In this document: one piece after another, positions 37,301 through 49,300 of the stretch
How positions within the stretch are numbered: the stretch's first letter is position 1
How the letters are laid out: every line of letters starts with the position of its first letter
Source of the DNA: Mobula hypostoma
Lineage: Eukaryota
Direction: 5' to 3'
DNA: 64,000 nt
Assembly (NCBI RefSeq): GCF_963921235.1
Contig: NC_086100.1
Span: 201,254,001-201,318,000, forward strand
Position numbers and translations under genes: made by a program
Notes under the pieces: generated by a model
Seen by the model: the letters and a program-made list of their open reading frames with translations, nothing else
Database searches by the model: none
What the model was told of the DNA's origin: nothing

Positions 37301-40300
37301 CTACCTCTTTAGTGATAGCTATGTATTGAGGTCCTCACCTCCTATCACATCCATAACATCTCTCTTTGGCATGTTAGACGTGTCCTCCACCATGAAGACC
37401 AAAACAAAATAGTCATTCAAAGCCTCGGCCGTTTTCTCATTACCCAATATCAATTCCCACTTCTCGTCCTCCAAGGGACCTATGTTCACTTTAGCCACCC
37501 TTTTCTTCTTTATATAATCATAAAAACTTTTACTATCTGTTTTTATATTTTGTGCTAGTTTATTTTCATAATCTAACTTCCCTTTCTTTATTGCTCACTT
37601 CATGGTTCTTTGTTGCTTTCAAAGTTTTCCCAATCTTCCAGTTTCCCACTACTCTTGGCAACTTTGTACACATGAGCTCTTAGTTTGATGCCTTCCTTTA
37701 TTTCCTTAGTACTCTATGGCTGAGCCCACCCTTACTGTCCTTGCTTTTAACTGGAATATACTTCTTTTGAGCACCGGGAAAAATCTCTGAAAGTCTTCCA
37801 CTGTTCCTCAACCATCCCACCATATAGCCCATGTTGCCAGACTACACTAGCCAAATCCTCCCTCATCCCATTGTAGTCTCCATTGTTCAGGCATAATACA
37901 CTGGTTTTAGATTGAACTATTGCACTCTTCACTTGTATAAGAAACTCAGTCATACTGTGATCACTCTTTCTGAGAGGATCCCTAACTACAAGATCACTAA
38001 TTTTACTTGTCTCATAGCACAGGACCAGATCTAAAATAGCAGGTTCCCTTGTAGGTTCACTAATATGCTGTTCAAGAAAGTTCTTTTCAAGACTGCCTCG
38101 AACAACTTGATTCACCCCAATCTATGTGCAAGTTAAAGTCCCCATGATAACTGCTGTTCCATTCTTACATACCTTGTGTTTATTGTAAGGCAACATAGAT
38201 ATCAGAGAGATAGTAATGGGGGACAATGAAATAGCTGACGATTGGAATAAATATTTTACACTAGCAGTATGATGGAAGTTTCAGGTGTTATGAAGTGGGT
38301 GAAGTTACCGTAACTAGAGAGATCTCATTGAAACCTACTGAATGTTTAAAGGACTAGATAGAGTGAATGTGGAGAGGATGTTTCCTATGGTGGGGTTATC
38401 CAGAATTAGAGGACACAACCTCAAAATTGATGGATGACATTTTAGAACAGAGTAAAGGAGGATTTTATTTTAGCCAGAGAGTAATGAATCTGTGGAATGC
38501 TCTGCCATAGACTGGGGTGGAGGCACCTTCTCAAAAGCCTTCTGAAAATCTAAATGCACAACATCCACCTATTCTCCTTTGTCTATCCTGCATGTTATTT
38601 CTTCAAAGAATTCCAACAGATTTGTCAGGCAAGATTCTGCCTTGAAACCATGAACACTATGGACTATTTTATCATGTGCTGAAATGGTGAACACGAGGGG
38701 GAATATTTTAAAGTGCTTGGAAATAGGTATCGAGGAGACGTCAAGGGTAAGTTTTTCCACACAGAGGGTAGTGAATGCACTGCCAGCAGTGGTGGTGGAA
38801 ACGGATACAATAGGGTCTTTTAAGAGCCTCTTAGATAGGTATATGGAGCTTAGAAAATAGAGGGCTATGAACTGGGAATATTCTAGGCAGCTTGTAGAGT
38901 AGATTACATGGCCCAACATTGTGAGTCGAAGGGCCTATAATGTGCTGCAGATTTCTATGTTCTATTTGCCTCCAAGTACTCCAAAACCATATCCTTAACA
39001 ATCAACTCCAACATCTTCCTAGTCACTGAGGTCAGACTAACTGGTCTATAATTTTCTTTCTTTTGCCTGTCTCCCTTCTTGAAGAATGGAGTGACATTTG
39101 CAATTTTCTACTCTTCCAGAACAATGCCAGAATTAATTAATTGTTGAAAGATTATTAATAATGCCTCCACAATCTCTTCAGCCACCTCTTTCAGATCCCC
39201 CAGATGTAATAGTGGCCGGAGGACCTAGGGTAATGGAGGAACTGAAGGTAATTCACATTAGGCAGAAAATAGTGTTGGATAGACTGATGGGACTGAAGGC
39301 TGATAAGTCCCCAGGACCTGATGGTCTGCACCCCAGGGTACTTAAGGAGATAGCTCTAGAAATCGTGGACACATTGGTAATTGTTTTCCAATGTTCTATA
39401 GATTCAGGATCAGTTCCTGAGGACTAGAGGGTAGCTAATGTTGTCCCACTTTTTAAGAAAGGAGGGAGAGAGAAAACAAGGAATTATAGATCAGTTAGCC
39501 TGACATCAGTGGTGGGGAAGATGCTGGAGTCAATTATAAAGGATGAAATAGCAGCACATTTGGATATCAGTAACAGGATCGGTCCGAGTCAGCATGAATT
39601 TACGATGGGGAAATCATGCTTGACTAATCTTCTGGAATTTTTTGAGGATGTAACTATGAAAATGGACAAGGGAGAGCCAGTGGATGTAGTGTACCTGGAC
39701 TTTCAGAAAGCCTTTGATAAGGTCCCACATAGGAGATTAGTGGGCAAAATTAGAGCACATGGTATTGGGGGTAGGGTGCTGACATGGATAGAAAATTGGT
39801 TGGCAGACAGGAAACAAAGAGTAGGGATTAATGGGTCCCTTTCAGAATGGCAGGCAGTGACTAGTGGGGTACCACAAGGCTCAGTGCTGGGACCGCAGCT
39901 ATTTACAATATACATTAATGATTTAGATGAAGGGATTAAAAGTAACATTAGAAAATTTGCAGATGACACAAAGCTGGGTGACAGTGTGAAATGTGCGGAG
40001 GATGTTGAGATAATGCAGGATGACTTGGACAGGTTGGGTGAGTGGGCAGATGCAGTTTAATGTGGATAAATGTGAGGTTATCCACTTTGGTGGCAAGAAC
40101 AGGAAGGCAGATTACTACTTGAATGGTGTAAAGTTAGGAAAAGGGGAAGTACAATGAGATCTTGGTGTCCTTGTTCATCAGTCACTGAAAGTAAGCGTTC
40201 AGGTACAGCAGGCAGTGAAGAATGTTAATGGCATGTTGGCCTTTATAACAAGGGGAGTTGAGTATAGGAGCAAAGAGGTCCTTCTGCAGTTGTACAGGGC

Positions 40301-43300
40301 CCTGGTGAGACCACACCTGGAGTATTGTGTACAGTTTTGGTCTCCAAATTTGAGGAAGGACATTCTTGCTATTGAGGGAGTGCAGCGTAGGTTCACAAGG
40401 TTAATTCCCGGGATGGCGGGACTGCCATATATCGAAAGATTGGAGTGAGTGGGCTTGTATACTCCGGAATTTAGAAGGCTGAGAGGGGATCGTATTGAAA
40501 CATATAAGATTATTAAGGGACTGGACGTGCTGGAGGCAGGAAGCATGGTCCCGCTGATGGGTGAGTGCAGAACCAGAGGCCACAGTTTAAGAATAAGGGG
40601 TAGGCCATTTAGAACGGAGTTGAGGAAAAACTTTTTCACCCAGAGTGTGGTGGAAATGTGGAATGCTCTGCCCCAAAAGGCAGTGGAGGCCAAGTCTCTG
40701 GATGTTTTCAAGAAAGAGATGGATAGAGCTCTTAAAGATAGCGGAATCAAAGGTTAAGGGGATAAGGCAGGAACTGGATACTGATTGTGGATGATCAGCC
40801 ATGATCACAGTGAATGGTGGTGCTGGCTCGAAGGGCCGAATGGCCTACTCATGCACCTATGGTCTATCCACACGATCAATGCCTCTCATCATCTTATACA
40901 CCTCTATCAGGTCATCTCTCATCCTCTGTCGCTCCAAGGAGAAAAGGCTGTTAGACCTGAGGAAACCTGTTCCCGAAAAGAGCCCAAAGATCACTGGCTA
41001 TTTAACCCTTTTCCCCTTCCTGTCATCCAGTTTCCTGTGTCTTGCACCTTGGGTGTAACTATTCTCCCTATATGTCCTATCTATCACACCTAATCATCCC
41101 AAATGATCTGGTCTTTATCCAGTCCCACGTCCAAATCCTTAACATTGAGTGTTAGAAGCTGCAGCTGGATGCACTTCTCACAGGTGGAGTCGTCAAGGAC
41201 ACTTGATGTCTCCCTGCTTTCCCACTTCCCAAATCCTGAAGAGGAATGTCTAACTATTCTGCCTGGCATCTCTTCTGTTCTAAATGAAGAAATGTAAAGA
41301 AGAATGAAAAAAAACTTTTTTACATTCTACCAAACTCTACCTGTAACGTTTTTTGCCTTCTCTGACTGAAGCCTCTCTTCACTGAAACCTTGTAGAGCTA
41401 AAACCTCAGTCTTCACTCTAACTCTGCTCACTCCAGTGATGGCCATTGCAACAATGACCAATCTGCTTGCCCTTGCCTTACTTTACTTTGTTCTTGCTGA
41501 TCAATCCTGAATACTGATTGACCAGTGCTCAAAGCTCCCAAACCGCCACGAGTCACTGTCTTTTTTGCTCAATCAGCAAACCTGAGTGAAGTACGTCTTC
41601 TCAGGCTTCCAATCTCTCCAACTGGCTGCTGCTCAAAGCTCTAAAACTTCTGTACAGGTCCCACCCTCCCAGGAAGTGAGCCCAATGATCCAAAAATCTG
41701 ATGCCCTTCCTCCTACACCAGCTCCCTAGCCACATGTTAAACTGTATAATCACTGGCACGTGGCATGGGTAGGAATCCTGCGATCACAACCCTGGAGTTC
41801 CTTCCCTTTAACTTAACACATAACTCCCTGATCTCACTTTGCAGAATTCCCCCGTCCCCTCAGAGTCACAGAGTCAGACTCAGTGCCAGAGACCTGACCG
41901 CTGTGACTTTCCTCTGTTAGGTCATCACCCCCAACAGTGTCCTGTTGAGGTTGACGGCTACAGGGGTATTCTGTACTGGCTCCTTAATCCCTTTCCCCTT
42001 CCTGACTGTCACCCAGATTTCTGTGTCCTGCACCTTGGGTGTAACTACCTGTTTATATGCCCAATCTATCACCCCCTCAGCCTCCCGAATGATCCAGAGT
42101 TCATCCAGTTCCAGCTCCAGTTTCTTAGCATGGAGTGTTAGAAGCTGCAGCCGCATGTACTTCTCACAGGTGTAGTTGTAAGTGACACTGGATATCCCCC
42201 TGTCTTCATACATCCCACTATCCGGCCTGGCACTTCTACTGTTCTAAATGAGCTACTATAAAGAAATGAAAAACATTATCGGGTGGGGGGGGGTAGGAAT
42301 GGAGGTGAGGAAATCTACCTTCAGCTTTTTTGCCTTTTCCTACTCAAGCCTCCCCTCACTGAAGCCTCAGAGCTAAAGCCTAAAAATGTCCACTCTAACT
42401 CTGACCACTCCAAAAATATCTACTCCGACAAAGGCCGCAGATTTATTTTTTTCTCAAGTCCGTTCTCCTGACAGGAGTTTGCACTGCCATTCAATCATTG
42501 TTGATTGTTTTTTTTCTTATCTCCATTCTCTCGACAGACTCCAGCTCTGCTGCAAACATTTGCTATGAAGTTATAAATCAGCAAGGGAATGAGTTTGGGA
42601 ACTGTGGTGGAGACAAAGATCGAGGATACAAAATGTGCCAGCCTGGGTATGCTTTCAATAAAAGTCAGCTTTGCTTAGGTCTGCCAGTTTTAAATAGCGG
42701 AACTAAGTCTGAATGCACAGATCTGTATGAAAGGAGAGACAGCTGTTTCGGTGAGATGAGAGAGGGGGGCTTTTCCAAGGGCGGTGATATAATAGGAACA
42801 TTTAATAGGCACATAGCTGAAAGTGAAATGGAGAGCACTGGGTTCCGATGTTGGATCCAAGGTTCTTTTGGAAGTCAAGAGCCACACAACTTGTTGCTTC
42901 AGGATTATTTTATTAAGCATTAATCGAACAAAGAGAATTGCAAACGCAGAGTTGCAAAAGTCGAATAGCTAAGAACAAAAACCTGGAAAAAGACTAAAAG
43001 ATGGTGGGGCAATGTGTTCAGCTCTTATTGTACCCATAGATCAGAAATATTCCATTCAAATTTGCAGTTAAGAGCTAACCCCGGTTGCCCCTGTTCAAAT
43101 AATGTGATACTAAGAAGTTTCTAGAAAGAGGCAAAGAACCACTAGGGGACACATTGAAGAACTATATATACATATTGTGACCACTAGGAAACATACTACA
43201 CAGTACATGTATATGGGTAGCTATGTAAAACAATATCAGGTATTAACTGTTTAAGTGCAAAGGAAATAACAATTATACAAGTTTAATGCAACAAGAGTTA

Positions 43301-46300
43301 TGGGCTACAAAGGAGGGAAGGGTAAGATTGATGACAGAGCGGTGTTATATAGATTGGCACAACGTCATGAGTCAAATAGCCTATACTGTGCTACACTGCT
43401 CTTGGTATGTGTAACTCTCTGATTAACACTGGAAAATCCAGCTGCCAAGTCGGAGAAAGCTAAACAAAAGCAGATCTTCCATAATGTTTCAATGACATCA
43501 TGCGGGCGGGTCAAATTTTCACAGTTCAGTCCTCAGATAGAGTCACAGAACATTACAGAACAGAAATACACCCTGCAGCCCATCGAGTCCATGTCCAACT
43601 ACTGTTCTGTCTAGCCCCATCGATCTGCACCTGGACCATAACTCTCCTATCTACATACCTATCCAAATTTTTCATAAACATTGAAATCAGAATCGCATTC
43701 CACTAGGAACTCATTCCACACTCTCACCACTCCCTGAGTGAAGAAGTTCTCCCTCAGGTTCCCCATAAACAATTTCTCTTTCACCCTTAACCCATGACCT
43801 TTAGTTCCAGTCTCACCTAATCTCAGTGGAAAAAGCCCGCTTGTATTTCTTAAAGCAGAATTAGGCCGTCTGGCCTATCGAGTCTGTTCCGCCATTCAAT
43901 CATGGCTGATTATTTTTCCTTTTCTCAGCCCCACTCCTTGGCCGTCTCCTCGTAACCTATGATGCCATATCCAATCAAGAACCTATCAAGTTCTGCCTTA
44001 AATACACCCAATGACTTGGCCTCCACAGTTGCCTGTGGTAATAAATTCCACAAATTGACCACCCTTTGGCTAAAGAAATTTCTCCGCATCTCTGTTTTCA
44101 ATAGACGCCCCTTTATCCTGAGGCTGTGCCCTCTTGTCCTAGACCCCCCCCCCCACCATGGGAAGCATCCTTTCCACATCTACAATCTCTAGGCCTTTCA
44201 ACATTTGAAAGATTTCAATGAGATCCCCCCCTCATCCTTCTAAATTGCAGCAAGTGCAGACGCAGAGTCATCAAACATTCTTCGTGTGATAACCCTTTCA
44301 TTTCCAGAATCATCCTTGTGAACCTCCTCTGAACCCTCTCCAATGCCAGCAGGTCTTCCTGCTAATTTTTGCTTTGTTGTACACGTTCTCTTTTGTTTTT
44401 ACATTAGCTTTGACTTCCCTTCTTTGCCATGGTTGTACTATTTTGCCATTTGTGTATTTCTTCATTTTTGGAATACATGTATCCTGCACCTTTGCCATTT
44501 TTCCCAGAAACTCATGCCATTGCAGCTCTGCTGTCACCCCTGCCATTTACCCTATCTAAACCCCTCATAATTTTCAAATCTCCCCTCATTCTCCTAAATT
44601 CCAGGGAATAAAGGCCAAACCAGTTCAACCTTTTCCTATAACTCAGTCCTCAAGTCCTGGCAACATTCTTGTAAATTTTCTCTGCACTCTTTCAATCTTC
44701 TTGACATCTTTCCAGTATGTAGGTATCCAAAACTGACTGCCACCAGCCACATCTTCCCTCTCCACCCTCCTGTTTTACACAGGGAACACTCCCTCCATCA
44801 CCTCCGGATTTGCTATCCCCTCACCACCAATCCCTTGCCCTACCCAGGCACTTTGTCCTACAACTGGTGCAGATGCAAGACCTGTCCCACCGCTCCACCC
44901 TCACCACCCATCACACCAAACAGCCCTTCTAGGTGAGGCAGAGATTCATATGCACCTTCTCCAACCTGGATGAGGAAGTGGAGGGATGGGTTAGTAAATT
45001 TGCTGGTGATACAAAGGTTGGTGGTGTTGTGGATAGTGTGGAGGGCTGTCAGCGGGATGTCAATAGGATGCAAAACTGGGCTGAGAAGTGGCAGATGGAG
45101 TTCAACCCAGATGAGTGTGAGCTGGTTCATTTTGCTAGGTCAAATATGATGGCAGAATATAGTTTTAATTGGCATTGTGGAGGATCAGAGGGATCTTGGG
45201 GTCCAAGTCCATAGGACATTCAAAGCTGCTGCATAGGTTGATTCTGTGGTTAAGAATGCATACGGTGTATTGGCCTTCATCAACTATGGGATCGAGTTTA
45301 AGAGCCGAGAGATAATGTTGCAGCTATATAGGACCCTGGTCAGACCCCACTTGGAGTACTGTGCTCAGTTCTGGTCGCCTCACTACAGGAAAGATGTGGA
45401 AACCATAGAAAGGGTGCAGAGGAGATTTACAAGTATGTTGTCTGGATTAGGAAGCATGCCTGATGAGAATAGGTTGAGTGAACTTGGCCTTTTCTCCTTG
45501 GAATGGTGGAGGATGAGAGGTGGCCTGATAGAGGTGTACAAGATGATGAAAGGCATTGATCGTGTGGATAGTCAGAGGCTTTTTCCCAGGGCTGTAATGG
45601 CTTATATGAGAGGGCACAGTTTTAAGGTGCTTGGAAGTAGGTACAGAGGGGACGACGTGGAATGGGCTGCCGGCAATGGTGGTGGAGACGAATACGATAG
45701 GGTTTTTTAAAGAGACTCCTTAGTAGATACATGGAGCTTAGAAAAACAGAGGACTATGGGTAACCCTAGGTAATTTCTAAAGTAAGTACATGTTTGGCAC
45801 AGCATTGTGGGCCGAAGGGCCTGTATTGTGCTGTAGGTTTCCTATGTGTCTATTTTTGTGTGGCCGCCTCAATGCTGGTGAGCCAAGCACCCGCACTCTG
45901 TCTGCCAGGCGTTCTGAAATCCGTTTGCTAAGCCATTTTAGTTCCACAGCAACCTATCTGTCCTGAGCCTTGTCCAATGCCAAAGTGAGGCGAAACACAA
46001 ACTGCATCACCTTCCTTCCTTCTCAGATTCCTCCACCTGCTGGGCAATCATAAATTGCTGCACCTTCTTTTTCCCCTTGACCTTCTGCCAGTCACCCCTC
46101 GTCACCCAGATCCACCCATCACAGGGAGTCCTACAACATGGCAGCAGGTCCTACAGCCCAACCAGCCCATGCTAGCCAGAAGTTCCATCTTAACTATTCC
46201 TAATTGCCAGGGTATGGCCCGTATCTTGCCTTACATCTCCCCTTCACCTCTTCATACTGGCCGTCTGATCAGCCTACCTGCCATCAAGGACATATATAGA

Positions 46301-49300
46301 GAAAGGTGCTGGAAAACGGCCAGTAACATCATGAAGGATCTCACCTACCCTGCTCCTGCAACACACACAAAATGCTGGAGGAACTCAGCAGGCCAGGCAG
46401 CATCTATGGAAAAGAGTAAATAGTCAAAGTTTCAGGCCGAGACCTTTCTTCAGAACTGGAAAGGAAGGGTGGAGTCAGCATAAGAAGGAGGGGGAGGGCA
46501 GGAAGAAGTACGTTGTGGTAGGTGATGGGTGAAACTGGGAGAGGGTGAGGGATAAAGGGCTGGAGAAGGGAGAACCTTATAGGAGAGGATAGGAGACCAT
46601 GGAAGGAAGTGCAGGGGGAGGAGCACGAGAGGGAGGTAATAGGCAAGTCAGGAGATAAGGTGAGAAAGGGAAAAGGGAATAGGGAATAGTGAAGGAGGGG
46701 GAGGGGCAATTACCAGAAGTTTGAGAAATCAATGTTCGTGCCATCAGGTTGGAGGCTACACAAATGGAATATAAGGTGTTACTCCTCCAACCTGAGCATG
46801 GCTTCATCTTGACAGTAGGGGAGACCACTGACTGACATTTCGGAATGGGGATGGGAAGTAGAATTGAAATACGTGGTCTGGTGCTCCTCAGCCTTCACTT
46901 TCTCTCTGATCAGAACAGCCTCTCTTCTCCACCCTGTATCTCTTTTGCCAATCAACTTCCCAGCTCTTTACTTCACCCCTTCCCTCTCTCCCGGTTTCAC
47001 TTATCATCTGCCACCTTGGACTTATTCCTCCCCTCCTCCCACCTTCGTACCGACTTCTCCCCTTCCTTTCTGGTCCTGAGGAAGGGTCTTGGGTCGAAAT
47101 GCCGAACGTTTCCTCTTTTCCATAAACACTGCAGGCCTGCTGAGTTCCTCCAGCATGTTGTGCGTGTTGTTTGGATTTCCAGCATCGACAGGTTTTCTTG
47201 TGTTTGTGATACCCTGCTCATGGGCTGGTTGTCCCACTCCTACCAGGAGGAGCCTACATAGCACCCAGAACCAGCAGACTCAAAAACAGTTACTTTCCCC
47301 AAGCAGTAAGGCTGATCAACACCTCCACCCACTAACCCACCTCTCCACCACTACTTTTTTGGTCACCTGATGTGCTATCGCACCTAGCGATTAGACACAC
47401 AATCAATATATATAAGCTATCTTATGTATTTATGTTTATTGTGGTTTTTATTATTATTGTTATTTTATTCTGTCTTTCATTTATACTTCATTGGATCCAG
47501 AGTAACAATTATTTTGTTCTCCTTTACACCAGTATACCAGAAATGAATCTCCCCTCTCTCTACTGAAACATCAACTGTCCAATTCCCTCCACAGATGCTG
47601 CCAAACTGAGTTCTTCCAGCCCTTTTTCTATTGCTCAGCATTCCTTTCATTCTGCCACGAATTCCCTACTAACTGGGCAATGAGAGCTCCCTCTATTTCA
47701 GCATTACAGCTGTACAGAAAGGCAGCTCACCAGCACCTTCCCCAGCTCGGGCCATTCACAGTTCAGAGTTCAATGTCGGTGCCACCCGTGAGGAGGGTGT
47801 ACACTCTCACAGTGGCTGCGTGGGTTTCCTCCAAGTGCTCTGGTTTCCTCCCACAGTCCCAAGACATACCAGTTAATCGGTTATTGTAAATTGTCCTGAG
47901 ATTAGCCTAAGGTTAAACAGGTGAGTGCTGGACGGTTCCTGAAGGTTGTTATAGCCGGGGGTAGTAATGGGGACAAGCTCCCACTACCTATTAAATGTTC
48001 CCAATGGTGTGCCCATCAAATAGACTGACAGCCGTCCAGCTCCTGGCCTTCAGCTACGGAGCCCAGCAGAACCGTTTCTACTGACAGGAGAAGGGGCAGA
48101 GGAGGGTGACTGGCACCTTAAAACTAGTCACTTCGGGCGGCTGGGGCTCGTCGGCTGTGGTTGGCAGCTCATCTAGGAGAGTGAAAACTCTGATCTCAAA
48201 CCTCAGCTGTCTTGCGGCTGTACCAACTCACGAGGAAGGCTTTGAGAGTTAACCCTGAGAGAAGAATCCAGAGCTGGGGTCCCTAAGGCAGTCCTACATT
48301 GTTCAACACTGACTGGCAACTCCTGCAAAGCTACTGCCACCAAACTGTATCGGCCTCTGCCCAACCTTTTGGTTCATCAGTTGTGTGGAGAGAGGAAGAG
48401 GGGAGAGGGGGAGCTTGCTCTCCATATTGTACTTCCCAAGGAAGCATATCTAGACAGCCAGGACACAACATCCATGGTTGAGCCCGACTGATGGAGGCCT
48501 CACTCACTGCGGGATGGTGTGGTCATTGGGCTGCAAGATTGTTCCACACTGTATCTCTAAATAAACAATATCGCAGTACAAGCTGCCCTTGCAAACAAAA
48601 GCAATATCCCACCAATGAATAATAAAAATGTACCATTCTGTCCATTATAATTTTGCCTGCTTTCCAAGAAACCTTTGTCTTCTTCGGTGTATTTCTACAG
48701 TTTTCTAAATTCAGGTTTTAAATTCGCTTGTTTGCCCAACAGGGATGAACACTGTGGAAAACTCCAATGTAACAGCAAGACCGGATTTAAGTTCCCAGGA
48801 GGAGGAAACGCAAATATCATACAGAGTACTGTTACTTCCAAAGGGGTGAAGTATGAATGCTGGGCGATACTAAATGACTTCGCTGACGCCCAAAGTCCAG
48901 ACTGGGTTAAAGAAGGGACGAAATGTGGACATAACAAGGTGACTGAAATAACTGGTACTGTTAGCGTGTTCTGTGCAGATTCACTCCACGTTCTGTGGTG
49001 GGCATATACGAATTGGGCTGAAGGTCTGATCCCATGTTACCTTTCCACGGTTTCCATCGCAAGAAGAGAAAATGCTGGAGAGTCTCAGATGGTCAAACAA
49101 CATCTGTAAAGAAAGAAACAGAACTAATGAGTTCAATTCCCATTGCTGTTTGTACATTCTCCCTGTGACCCCGTGGGTTCCTTCCCACGTTACAAGGATG
49201 TATGGGTTAGTACGTTAATCAGTCACATGGATATAATTGAGCTTCACGGGTTCAATGGCCAGAGGGGACTGGTACCGTGCTGTATCTCTATTTTTGAAAG

